The notes beneath the pieces are model-generated. The model was not told where the DNA came from. It worked only from the letters and a program-made list of their open reading frames with translations, and ran no database searches. A DNA stretch of 64,000 nucleotides from the NCBI GenBank assembly GCA_965219455.1, contig OZ244744.1, positions 2,752,001-2,816,000 on the forward strand, in the 5' to 3' direction. Source of the DNA: Candidatus Latescibacterota bacterium (GTDB lineage Bacteria > Latescibacterota > UBA2968 > GCA-2709665). Of the stretch, positions 39,599-48,961 are shown piece by piece (the first letter of the stretch is position 1; each line of letters starts with the position of its first letter). Position numbers and translations under genes: made by a program.

Positions 39599-39832
39599 CT
39601 AACCGAAGGGAGAAGGGGGCACATTTTCGTAATCTATACGTTTAGCTAATTGGCCATTTATACGATGAATGTGCAGCTCCGTTCCTAAGCCGCTCGCTAA
39701 TTCTTTTCCGTGCGAAATCGCATAGGCTTGTGTAGGGTGAACACCGAGAGGGTTATCCATGCCCGCTAACTTAACTTCCCATTTACCACCTTTTGCTGTG
39801 ACATGGATATTATTTCTTTCCACCAAACGCAC
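39599..39832 (-). CDS. DUF2188 family protein
   Basis: HV....GKWEVK, TQ..AI..G.E.A, ELHIH..NG; AGGAGG RBS. Confidence 0.8.
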   Translation of the reverse strand: MRLVERNNIHVTAKGGKWEVKLAGMDNPLGVHPTQAYAISHGKELASGLGTELHIHRINGQLAKRIDYENVPPSPFG

Positions 39833-39882
39833 CTCCTGTGGGCGATACTTCAGGGACTACTTTATCGCGCCAGACCTGCCTT

Positions 39883-39910
39883 AATATACTCACGGGAGGA
39901 CTTTCGTCAA
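39883..39910 (-). promoter_or_regulatory. Putative sigma70 promoter for the DUF2188-ClpP-like pair
   Basis: Minus strand TTGACG-16 bp-TATATT. Confidence 0.55.
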
Positions 39911-39976
39911 TAGTCACGTTCGATCTCTAATTTGATCAGGCACCGATTTTTTCATACAAATTTCCAACGGGCGGTT

Positions 39977-40141
39977 TTAAGTTATTGTGGGTTGTTTTCC
40001 CAAGGGTGGAAAGGGATCATTCCAATAGCTGTTACGATCACGAATTCGTCCATAAGGCCGATGGATGAATAACTCAGTTTGTAAACCTTGAGTGTCTTCC
40101 TCGTTGTTTCTTACACAATTGATTTTACGGGATTTAGCCAT
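39977..40141 (-). pseudogene. Decayed second DUF2188 gene
   Basis: MAKSRK... followed directly by ELFIHRPYGRIRDRNSYWNDPFPP (family C-terminus); the HVV..W.VK part is missing. Confidence 0.65.
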
Positions 40142-40173
40142 CACCGGGTAATTATCTATATAGGCCCAATTGT

Positions 40174-40201
40174 AAAAACCCTGGAGATCGCGTCTCCAGG
40201 G
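40174..40201 (-). terminator. Intrinsic terminator, copy 2 of the 28-bp duplication
   Basis: Identical to 38893-38920. Confidence 0.8.
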
Positions 40202-40355
40202 CTCCGGCCGATTCAATTCGGCGACCGTCATTGTAATACTTCAGCCGCAGGATTTCGAATCTGAGCATTTGACTTCTCTACCTCTTCATCCGAGGCACGT
40301 CGATAGGATATATATTGTTCATCGAGTATTGATAATGCATCAATAGGGTTTCTGC

Positions 40356-40865
40356 TTATCTATAAATCTTCACTATCCGCAACCCTCGATGAATAGCGTG
40401 TGTTTGACCGTCGTGTTTAATGAACAGTTCCAAGGATCGAATCTTATTCGCCGCCGTTAAATTATCTACAATAATGAAGAAGGGCTGAGAAGTTGTATGA
40501 AGTTCTTTTGGTCCGAGTTTGACATCCTCAGTCGCCACACTAGCCAATTGAGCAATTACGAAACCGTGTTGATCGACAAAGCGAACACCATAGTCAACTA
40601 CAATCGGTTTCTTGTTCTCGTTCTTCCACTGTATCCGATACCCACCGGACACGTATATTTGCTGACCATGAGGACTATAAGAAATAAGTCTCCACTGAAT
40701 ATTATGGGCCTCTAAACTTATCACCTTCCAAGCGCCTCGCTCCTCAGACCGTAGATCGGTATCCAGGGAGGCGAACGTATTCTTCATTTGATCGCGGCAG
40801 GATAACGTATGGACGAAGGTGAATAGGATTATAATATATGGTTTCATTTGGGCCTCACCAGTCAC
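40356..40865 (-). CDS. Hypothetical lipoprotein-like protein
   Basis: MKPYIIILFTFVHTLSC signal-like segment; beta-sandwich-like sequence (VRFVDQHGF). Confidence 0.6.
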   Translation of the reverse strand: MTGEAQMKPYIIILFTFVHTLSCRDQMKNTFASLDTDLRSEERGAWKVISLEAHNIQWRLISYSPHGQQIYVSGGYRIQWKNENKKPIVVDYGVRFVDQHGFVIAQLASVATEDVKLGPKELHTTSQPFFIIVDNLTAANKIRSLELFIKHDGQTHAIHRGLRIVKIYR

Positions 40866-41385
40866 ACACGATGGGATTTAATTTACGGACACCTTTTAAT
40901 CTTCCGGATTCATATACCAATTCTAAACAAGTACCGTCGTTGTCACGCTGTAACCAAGAACCCACCGGCCTTCCATACTCATAATGTTGTCTGGATTCAG
41001 ATTCGCCATTGTTGCTATTCATATACCATGAGCCGTGCTTTTCACCAAGATGCATACGGCCAACATAAACCCTGTTTAACAACACCAGCGTCGTATCCGT
41101 TCCAGGCGGACCGGGAAGATTATGAAAGGCCCTGGCATATGTTCCATAACCGTGCGGTCTGCCATTTGGACATTTTCCAGACCAACTGATATTCTGTTCT
41201 TTATGTACATACTTTGTCCACCAATAACATTCTGGTGGACTGTCCATTTTTAACCAGCAATGTTTCCCCAATAATTCATCTGTACAAATTTGTCCCGGTT
41301 CAATTGTCGCAGGTGCTTCCACTACTTTTCGAACAGAAGTACAAAATACGAAAAGAAAAGAGCACAATATAATTCGCGTATACAT
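40855..41385 (-). CDS. Cys-rich exported protein with MORN-like hairpins
   Basis: Signal ending ..VFC, WSGKCPNGRPHGYG, YVG.MHLGEKHGSW, YEYGRPVGSW. Confidence 0.65.
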   Translation of the reverse strand: MYTRIILCSFLFVFCTSVRKVVEAPATIEPGQICTDELLGKHCWLKMDSPPECYWWTKYVHKEQNISWSGKCPNGRPHGYGTYARAFHNLPGPPGTDTTLVLLNRVYVGRMHLGEKHGSWYMNSNNGESESRQHYEYGRPVGSWLQRDNDGTCLELVYESGRLKGVRKLNPIVCDW

Positions 41386-41386
41386 A

Positions 41387-41923
41387 TCAAGTCGCTACTC
41401 CTATTTGAAACCAAAACCAATATTGTTCGTACATATCACCGATCTTCAAAGCGAGTTTCATGCCGACTTTAGCACTTTTGGAATTCTTTGATAACAACCC
41501 AGCTAATTTCCAATGAAATGCGAAATGGCCCCAATACACTTCCTCCGTAGAACGAGACAGCTCACGCATTTGACTACGAGGCAATATAACTATTGGATAC
41601 ATCGGCTGTCCGTGCCGCCCTCCCAATTTCCTATAAGCACCGGACGCAGCTATATAGGTAGAACTATCCCAAAATATACGTATAGGTTCTTGAGTCCGAC
41701 TGATTAAAAGTACTTCAATTGTCTCGCGATCAAGCATACGGAAATTTACGGAAATATCATCATTCAAATATTCAATTCGTGAGCCCTTGGTCGCACGGCC
41801 TTTACCTGCTGGTGCCGCAACTTCCGTCATTACTAAGGTACGTTCAGGCTCGACAGTTGCGCAACTACAGAACAATAAACAGACCAAGACCATTCGGCCA
41901 TACATATTACTCTCCACCCTCAC
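41387..41923 (-). CDS. Hypothetical lipoprotein
   Basis: MYGRMVLVCLLFCSC lipobox-like signal; I.I.WD.STY pattern. Confidence 0.62.
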   Translation of the reverse strand: MRVESNMYGRMVLVCLLFCSCATVEPERTLVMTEVAAPAGKGRATKGSRIEYLNDDISVNFRMLDRETIEVLLISRTQEPIRIFWDSSTYIAASGAYRKLGGRHGQPMYPIVILPRSQMRELSRSTEEVYWGHFAFHWKLAGLLSKNSKSAKVGMKLALKIGDMYEQYWFWFQIGVAT

Positions 41924-42143
41924 TCTCGAAATTCCTCCTAAACCCCTCCCCCGTATAGTTCCTCGCGCTACCTATTTTCAACCGACCCAATATCGCACCT
42001 GCGCCATTTTGAATCTCGACCGCCGTCCCGGTCGCCGGAGCATTATCATCTAACGAGAAAGCAAAAACACGAGGCCGAGTTGTAAGGCAGGGAGATAGAG
42101 TATTAATGTAATTGACATAAGGTATAGGTCTCCCTATTTTTGT

Positions 42144-43880
42144 TCAACTCTTAAACTGGCGTCTCCGAACGACGTCTTTCACGTACTCCACCAACGCATC
42201 GATTGCAACGTCTTTACGTTCCGGCTCGTTTCTCATTTTCACCTCCACCTCTCCTCGTGCCAGCCCCCTCGAACCCACCGTAATCCGGATTGGGATGCCG
42301 ATCAGGTCCGCATCGTTGAACTTCACGCCGGCCCGCTCGTCCCGGTCATCCAGAAGCACCTCAATCTCCTCGGCTTCGAGATCCCGGCAGATCTGCTCGG
42401 CCGCCTCCAACTCACCCTTCGGCCGATTGCCCGAGAGTACCACGATATGTACGTGGAATGGCGCGACCGAAATCGGCCACATGACACCCTGTTCGTCGTG
42501 GTGCGCCTCGATTACGCATGCCAGCAGTCGCCCGACGCCGATGCCGTAAGATCCCATCACCAGCGGCCGGGCCTTGCCGTCCTCGCCCAGTACTGTCGCG
42601 CCGAGTTTCTCGCTGTACCTTGTGCCCAGTTTGAAGATGTTCCCCACCTCGACCCCACGCTCGGATCGAAGCGCGGCGCCGCAAGATGCGCAGGGCATCC
42701 CCGCATCCACCGCCACCAGATCGGTGACCACGTCCGCTTCGAAATCTCTACCCGCGTTTACGTTCAAATAGTGATAATCCACCCTATTCGCCCCGGACAC
42801 CAGGTTGCCGGATGCCGCCACCAGGTCATCCACAATCACCAGCGCATCCTCCGCAATGCCGATCGGGGATCCGTAACCCGGCTCCGCGCCGATCGCCCGG
42901 ATTTCCTCCTCTGTCGCCGGCCGCATCTCAACGGCCCCGGCCGCGTTGGCCAGTTTCGTTTCGCTTAGCTCCTGATCCCCTCGCACGACCGCGAAAATGA
43001 ACCGTTCGTCTCCTTGAATGGAACCTGCCATAAACACCGCTTTGGCCGTTCGGCTCGCTGGGATGTTCAGAAACCGCGCCAGTTCCTCAATGGTCGTGCA
43101 TCCCGGCGTTGCAACTTCCTGAAGCGGTTCCGGTGTTTCCCGAATCGCGTCCTCTCTCCTATACACGGCAATCTGCCGGTTCGCGCGATACCCGCACCCG
43201 TCGCAGATCAGCAATGTATCCTCACCCACCGGATTCAAATACATGAACTCGTGCGCCCCGGTTCCGCCCATCATGCCCGTGTCGCTCTCCACCGACACCA
43301 CGGAATCCGACAGGCCAACGCGCCGGAATATATTCTCATAAGCCCGGTACATATCCTGATAGACCGAATTCAGTCCGGATTCATCCAGGTCGAAACTGTA
43401 CGCGTCCTTCATCGTAAATTCCCGCACCCGTATCAGGCCACCCCGGCTGCGGGGCTCGTCGCGGAATTTCGTCTGGATCTGAAACACGCACATCGGCACC
43501 TGGCGATAGCTCCTGATCAGTTGCCGGGCCAGATCCGTTACCGCCTCTTCGTGGGTCATGGCCAGACACATTTCCCGATCCGATCGATCTTCCATGCGCA
43601 GCATTTCCGGACCCACCTCGTACCACCGACCACTCTCCCTCCACAACTCCGCGGGCTGCACGATCGGCATCAGCAGTTCAACGCAGTCGATTGCAGCCAT
43701 CTCTTCCCGAAAAATTGCCTCAATCTTCCGTGCGACCCGGAGTCCCAGCGGCAGGGCGCTGAATATGCCCGCTGCCAGAGGACGGATCAACCCGGCCCGC
43801 AGGGCCAGTTGGTGGCTGGCCAACTCGGCGTCAGCGGGCGCCTCCCGAAGCGTCTGCGTAAACAGGCTGCTGTACCGCAT
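42144..43880 (-). CDS. proS: Proline--tRNA ligase (with INS editing domain)
   Basis: TLREAPADAE..SH, QTKFRDEPR.RGGLIRVREF.MKDAYSF, GNIFKLG, MGSYGIG, GVKFNDADLIG. Confidence 0.97.
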   Translation of the reverse strand: MRYSSLFTQTLREAPADAELASHQLALRAGLIRPLAAGIFSALPLGLRVARKIEAIFREEMAAIDCVELLMPIVQPAELWRESGRWYEVGPEMLRMEDRSDREMCLAMTHEEAVTDLARQLIRSYRQVPMCVFQIQTKFRDEPRSRGGLIRVREFTMKDAYSFDLDESGLNSVYQDMYRAYENIFRRVGLSDSVVSVESDTGMMGGTGAHEFMYLNPVGEDTLLICDGCGYRANRQIAVYRREDAIRETPEPLQEVATPGCTTIEELARFLNIPASRTAKAVFMAGSIQGDERFIFAVVRGDQELSETKLANAAGAVEMRPATEEEIRAIGAEPGYGSPIGIAEDALVIVDDLVAASGNLVSGANRVDYHYLNVNAGRDFEADVVTDLVAVDAGMPCASCGAALRSERGVEVGNIFKLGTRYSEKLGATVLGEDGKARPLVMGSYGIGVGRLLACVIEAHHDEQGVMWPISVAPFHVHIVVLSGNRPKGELEAAEQICRDLEAEEIEVLLDDRDERAGVKFNDADLIGIPIRITVGSRGLARGEVEVKMRNEPERKDVAIDALVEYVKDVVRRRQFKS

Positions 43881-43929
43881 CCAGACTCCTTTCAGTGTCG
43901 AGCGATCTCCCGTGCTCGCGTCGCGGGTT

Positions 43930-44679
43930 TCAGAAATCAAAAAGCTTCAAGGCCGTCCTGCCCATGATCCATTCAAGTTCGTTCTCAGACAGGAACGCCC
44001 ATCGGCGGGGCATTTTTACCGCCATTTCGCAGGTTTCGTGAAGACTCACGGGGGGGAAATCGCTCCCCCACATTATCCGCTCGGCGCCGAACCGCTCCAA
44101 TGCCCGCTCGATGAATGGCGTTGCTTCGTCGTAGGGATATCCCTTCCCGAATCCATAGAATCCAGACAGCATAAATACTGTATTTTCATAGCTTGCGTAC
44201 CCCATCAATCGGTCGTACTCCGGCTCATCGGGCGTCCTGTCCACATCGGGAAACCATCCCATGTGCTCGATGCGAAACATCGCGTTCGGATACCGCTGAA
44301 TGCACTGTTCCAACCGGGGGTTGAGCATATTTGCCATGCCCCCGCTCAGACTGGCCATGATGCCCAGTTCGCCAACGGCTTCCCAGACGGCATTGTTTTC
44401 GACCGAAGCCGGTATGCGCAATCCCGCAAGATCGAATTCGGCCACTTCGCGCCGGATTCGCTTCCCCGCGTCTGCGGCATCGTAGTCCACGGCTCCCAGA
44501 GATGCGAATCGGCCCGGATAACGGTCCATACAGTTCTTTAAATAGGCGTTGTCGTGGCATCCTCCGTACTGCACCAGAAGTGCCTTGTCGATGCCGGCTG
44601 AAGCCATCTGCGCCAACAGCACTTCAACGGCGACGTACTTGGTCAACCCCACGTGCACATGGCCGTCAACAATGGTCAT
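43930..44679 (-). CDS. Amidohydrolase family 2 protein
   Basis: IVDGHVH, EHMG, FGAERIMWGSDFP. Confidence 0.88.
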   Translation of the reverse strand: MTIVDGHVHVGLTKYVAVEVLLAQMASAGIDKALLVQYGGCHDNAYLKNCMDRYPGRFASLGAVDYDAADAGKRIRREVAEFDLAGLRIPASVENNAVWEAVGELGIMASLSGGMANMLNPRLEQCIQRYPNAMFRIEHMGWFPDVDRTPDEPEYDRLMGYASYENTVFMLSGFYGFGKGYPYDEATPFIERALERFGAERIMWGSDFPPVSLHETCEMAVKMPRRWAFLSENELEWIMGRTALKLFDF

Positions 44680-44744
44680 TCCATCCCTCCTCGCTGGATT
44701 ATAAAGGATCCCGTCTGTCCGCCGCATACCGCGGCCGCAGGCGT

Positions 44745-45569
44745 TTATTCAATCTCAACGACCAACCCGTCCTCCGCTACGAGAACCTCGCCGCTGTATC
44801 CGCCCCTGATCTGTTCCGCCATCTGGTAGGCCGCCGTCCGGTCGCCGGTAATGTCTTCAATCACCAGGTGTTTGATCATAACGCGCTTCACTTCGGCCTT
44901 CTGCGCGATATTCGCAATATCGGCGGGCGTGATGTGCCAGGCGCCCCACGGCTGCCGCTCCAGGAACTCCGGCGTACCCGAACACTCGATGGCGAGGAGG
45001 TCCGCACCCTTACAGAATGCCGGAAAGTCCTCATCGGGCGTTCCATCTCCCGTAATGACGACACGACGATCGCCCGCATCCACCCGGTAGGCCAGGGTCG
45101 GAATATTCCCGTGGTCCGTAAACGTGGCGGAAATCCGGTAATCCTCTCGCTCCAGAAAATAGTGTTTTCCGTCCACCTCGACCACCTCCGGATCGAGCGG
45201 CAGAATGTCCTTTCCGTGACTCAACCGGCTGCCGATGTCCTGTTGAAAGGGCGGCCGGATGATTCGCTCCACGAAATTCCGGGTGCCCTCCGGTCCATAT
45301 ATCTTCAATCGACGATTTCGCACCTTTACCCATCCCACGAAAACCAGATAGGGCACATCCACTATATGATCGAAGTGCAGGTGGGTCAAAAACAACCGAT
45401 CCACCTCCTCACAACCCACGCCCGAGCGCGCCAGGTTCGTGCTGGCGCTCCGCCCGCAGTCGAACATCAACACCTCGTCTCCGATCCGAAGCATCTGTGC
45501 CGGTCCGCCCCGACACGGGTTGTCCCGGACCGCACCGCTGCCCAGCATCACAAACGTCATTCCCGCCAT
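44745..45569 (-). CDS. MBL-fold metallohydrolase (RNase Z/AtsA-like)
   Basis: LGSG, FDCG, THLHFDH, TGD, KHL. Confidence 0.88.
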   Translation of the reverse strand: MAGMTFVMLGSGAVRDNPCRGGPAQMLRIGDEVLMFDCGRSASTNLARSGVGCEEVDRLFLTHLHFDHIVDVPYLVFVGWVKVRNRRLKIYGPEGTRNFVERIIRPPFQQDIGSRLSHGKDILPLDPEVVEVDGKHYFLEREDYRISATFTDHGNIPTLAYRVDAGDRRVVITGDGTPDEDFPAFCKGADLLAIECSGTPEFLERQPWGAWHITPADIANIAQKAEVKRVMIKHLVIEDITGDRTAAYQMAEQIRGGYSGEVLVAEDGLVVEIE

Positions 45570-45637
45570 TGCCGAACCTTCTCAATATTGACCCGCCGCG
45601 GCTTCCGAATTCCTTCGGCGCCGTGTTTCAAGGTATC

Positions 45638-46714
45638 TCAGTGCGATGAAGCAGGTTCGTATTCGTACGCCTCCAGCGTGTTTTCCGCTATTGCCTCCCA
45701 CGACAACGCCTTTGCCCGCTGAAACGCGCTTTCCGAGCAGGCCGACATGTCCCGCTCCCGGATTTCCTCCATTGCACGCCTCAGCCCATTCCTCTCCTTT
45801 GCGTCGTATATGATTCCGGAGTTATCGTCCAACAGTTCAGGAAGACAGCCGATGCCAGGCGCGATTACCGGACGCGCGAAAGACATCGCCGTTATCGCCG
45901 ATCCGGAAGTCAGCATATCCACGAAGGGCAGCACCATAACGTCCGCCGCGTTAAAGAAAAGCTGGAGTTCCTCGTCCGGGAAAAATTCCGCCGTATGCGC
46001 CAGAATTCTCGGATCGCCGGTGCGGGCCTGCGCGATCAACTGCGCGCTGTATTCGCTGTTCAACTTTGCGGCCAGGAGCAACCTCAAATGTTCGCCCGGA
46101 AGCCGGGAAAAAACCTCGATCAGCCGCTCGACGCCCTTGTAGCGTTTCACGTTTCCGAAAAACAGATAGACGAACCCATCCCCGGCAATTCCCAATTTTC
46201 TCCTGGCCTCAACGCGCGACGTCGAATTCTCGTACGCGTCTATAAAATGGCCATGGGGAATTGTAAAAATGCCTTCCGTCCGGTGAAAGTGCGCCGCCAC
46301 CTGCCCGCGGCCGTACTCGCAGTGCACAATCAGGGCCGTCGCAAGCTGCGTGATCGCAAGCCTCGCCAGACGGTCCAGCCCCGGATGCGGACGTTCGTGC
46401 GGATACAGATTATGGACCGTCCACACCACTCTGTAACCCAGGAACCGCGCGTGAGTCAGATGGCCGATCAGTTCTGCGCACCTTCTGACGCTCTCGCTCA
46501 TATGTTCCGCGTTGTACATATAGGAGGGCCAGTTCAGGTGCAATACGTCCACACGACCCCGATTGTCCACCAGCCACGATTCGCTCAGATCTTCGTCGTA
46601 TCCGGCTTCCAACTCCACCCCGAGCCGGCCCATCGCTCGCGCGAGCAATGGGCCGTAGGGGTTGTTTTTTTCGAACCCAAGCCCCGCCTTGCCCCAGTAA
46701 AATGCCACCCGCAT
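45638..46714 (-). CDS. Glycosyltransferase family 4
   Basis: NPY..LL, VWTVHNLYPHE, FFGNVKRYKG, AADVMVLPF...TSGS. Confidence 0.88.
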   Translation of the reverse strand: MRVAFYWGKAGLGFEKNNPYGPLLARAMGRLGVELEAGYDEDLSESWLVDNRGRVDVLHLNWPSYMYNAEHMSESVRRCAELIGHLTHARFLGYRVVWTVHNLYPHERPHPGLDRLARLAITQLATALIVHCEYGRGQVAAHFHRTEGIFTIPHGHFIDAYENSTSRVEARRKLGIAGDGFVYLFFGNVKRYKGVERLIEVFSRLPGEHLRLLLAAKLNSEYSAQLIAQARTGDPRILAHTAEFFPDEELQLFFNAADVMVLPFVDMLTSGSAITAMSFARPVIAPGIGCLPELLDDNSGIIYDAKERNGLRRAMEEIRERDMSACSESAFQRAKALSWEAIAENTLEAYEYEPASSH

Positions 46715-46812
46715 ACGGATCTCCCACGGACCCAAAAAAGCAGGTTCCTTCCACGTTTCGAACCCTGTCCCCCATTGATGGTTCACCGGTGTCGGGGTTC
46801 GCGACCCATTCC

Positions 46813-48771
46813 CTACAACAACAGTCTTCGGACAGTCTGGCTCCACCGCCTCTGAAAATACAAATCACCGTTCAAATATACGTTCAGTCCCAGATTCATC
46901 ACAAAACAATCCGCGTTGCTCGTCAGCGATCCGGTCGCTTCGGAACGCACTTCACACCCTGGCCACGCCACCGTCACCTGCTTTTTCGAACGAGACCAGG
47001 CCTCTGCCGGCGTTCGGTTCGACACCCCCATCTCTCCTTCTCCACCGAACAGAATGAAACGGTACCTGTCTTCCAGCACATCGTGAACCACCTGCCAGGG
47101 CGCGTCGCCCGACCCGGTCGGCCTTGCGGCATGCGGCGAAGGCGAATATGCAAATTCCGGATCGCTGCCACCGTTCCATACCGGCAACGTGATCTTCGAC
47201 GGGTATTCCGGCCCCCAGTGAACCGTGATCCGACCCGCCCGCGGCGTGGGCCATACGTTTGGAAAATCCGATCCGTTGATGCTGATGCCGATCCGGTGTC
47301 CCTCCCTGAATCGCCACGCCGTTGCCTCCATATGAAACGCAACCGGAGCGACTTCGCCCGGAATCAAGGGAACCGGTCGAACCATTCCCTCCCGGCGGGT
47401 CGCATTCAATATTCCCTTTGTCACGAGCACGCTTGTCCCATCCGGCGCAATCTCCAATAGCCGGACAGCTACCGGCACGACTTCCACGTCGGAGCTGATA
47501 TAAAGGCTGAATGTCGGCGTCCCCAAAATCGATACGGGCTCCGCAAGCGGCGGTGAAACAAAATTTATTGCCCGCGCCGAATCCTCTCGCTGGTCTCCCG
47601 GCAGCGTGAAGGGCGTCCCGCCGTCCCACAAGCCCCCGTGCCGGCACGCGGCCGGCAGATAGGATTCTGAAGCCGCTCCGGTTTCTGCAGCCGGACCACC
47701 AGTCAGGTTGCTGCCTTGCAAAAAGAAAGACTCGGGTGTCTGCTGAGGCAGATCGTCGGCCATCCGCCATTCGCCTGCGATCATGGTGCGATCCGTCACC
47801 GGTTCTTCAAATTCCCGCTGGTATATCTGTACTGGAGGTTCGTCCATAACGCCGTTATCCATCTTCTTCAGCCAGCGGTCCCACCAACGCAGCAATTCAT
47901 AGTAGATGTCGATTCGGGGTCCGCAGTGTGACTGATCGCCATACGAATGAGACCATGGTCCCATCAGCAGGCGTTTAGGCGACCGTAGCGACCGGTACAC
48001 CCGCATTGGCGGCGTCGGGTATCCGTCGTGCCAGCCGCCGATCAACAGGGCTGCCGCCTGAATCTGATCGTAGCGCCCGGATATGGAACCCACCGCCCAG
48101 TAGTCATCCTCCACCTGATGAGAAATCCACTTCAGCAGATAGGGCTCGTTCGTCTCAAGCCTCTGCTGCCAGAGTTCGCTCCACCGCTCGCCGACGGCTT
48201 CGCGAAACGGGGGAAGGCCGTTGCGCGCCACCATGTTCAGGCCGTAGGTCAACATGTCATAAAAGCCTCGCAGGCACCCGCCCTTGTAGTGACAGTCATC
48301 GGTATACCTTCTGTCCGTAAAATAGGCAGGCGCGATCGCCTTGAGCGCGGGCGGCGCCGTGGCCGCAACCTGCAGTGTCGTGAACCCGCTATAGGAAGTA
48401 CCCAGCATTCCCACGCGACCACTGCACCACGGCTGATCCGCCAGCCATCCGATGGCATCGTATCCGTCCTGCGTTTCCTCCGCCATATACTCGTCCATGC
48501 TCACGCCCTCCGAATTACCCGTCCCCCGCGCATTCAGATAGACAAATGCGTACCCCCGCTCTGCGAAGTACCGGGCTATCGGCGCCGTGGATCCGTCCGA
48601 TCCCCCCCGGTACGGGTCGTACCACACCAGTGCCGGAAACGCGTCTTCGGCCAGCGGCCGCGTAATCGTCGCGCCCAGCGAGGTTCCGTCACGTGTTGGA
48701 ACTCGATATTGATTGCGCGTCCGGAAACCGTACTCAGCGGTAGAACAGATTTGCCTTTTCGATAGATCCAC
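46813..48771 (-). CDS. CocE/NonD family serine hydrolase
   Basis: TRDGT.L, PY, RGTGNSEG, QPWCSGRVGMLGTSYSG, GGWHD, GPWSH; GTG start inferred from RBS. Confidence 0.9.
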   Translation of the reverse strand: MDLSKRQICSTAEYGFRTRNQYRVPTRDGTSLGATITRPLAEDAFPALVWYDPYRGGSDGSTAPIARYFAERGYAFVYLNARGTGNSEGVSMDEYMAEETQDGYDAIGWLADQPWCSGRVGMLGTSYSGFTTLQVAATAPPALKAIAPAYFTDRRYTDDCHYKGGCLRGFYDMLTYGLNMVARNGLPPFREAVGERWSELWQQRLETNEPYLLKWISHQVEDDYWAVGSISGRYDQIQAAALLIGGWHDGYPTPPMRVYRSLRSPKRLLMGPWSHSYGDQSHCGPRIDIYYELLRWWDRWLKKMDNGVMDEPPVQIYQREFEEPVTDRTMIAGEWRMADDLPQQTPESFFLQGSNLTGGPAAETGAASESYLPAACRHGGLWDGGTPFTLPGDQREDSARAINFVSPPLAEPVSILGTPTFSLYISSDVEVVPVAVRLLEIAPDGTSVLVTKGILNATRREGMVRPVPLIPGEVAPVAFHMEATAWRFREGHRIGISINGSDFPNVWPTPRAGRITVHWGPEYPSKITLPVWNGGSDPEFAYSPSPHAARPTGSGDAPWQVVHDVLEDRYRFILFGGEGEMGVSNRTPAEAWSRSKKQVTVAWPGCEVRSEATGSLTSNADCFVMNLGLNVYLNGDLYFQRRWSQTVRRLLL

Positions 48772-48961
48772 CGGCCATCCCTCACCTTTAGGTTGACAGA
48801 GCCATCCGGATTCAGTACCTAAAATGAGCGTGCATCGGCCCACAAAAGCAATCACAGACGGCGTGGCTTCGACTAGCTCAGCCGCCTGGAGGGGGCCCTG
48901 GTCGTTCATGACTTGCCGGATCCAACGACAATGGATCCGCTAATTTTAATCAGTCGGGGAA

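Larger units (their letters stand above)
38891..42143. other. AT-rich horizontally acquired islet between the Gfo gene and proS
   Basis: Abrupt visible drop in GC relative to both flanks; orphan-like genes all on the minus strand; no integrase. Confidence 0.75.

Noticed and set aside
38893-40201. CRISPR or integron interpretation of the 28-bp repeat
   Set aside because: Only two copies ~1.3 kb apart, no cas or intI gene, no attC consensus; the structure fits an intrinsic terminator
40229-40355. Possible gene remnant (..LDEQYISYRRASDEEVEK..) on the minus strand
   Set aside because: No convincing start and no recognisable homology
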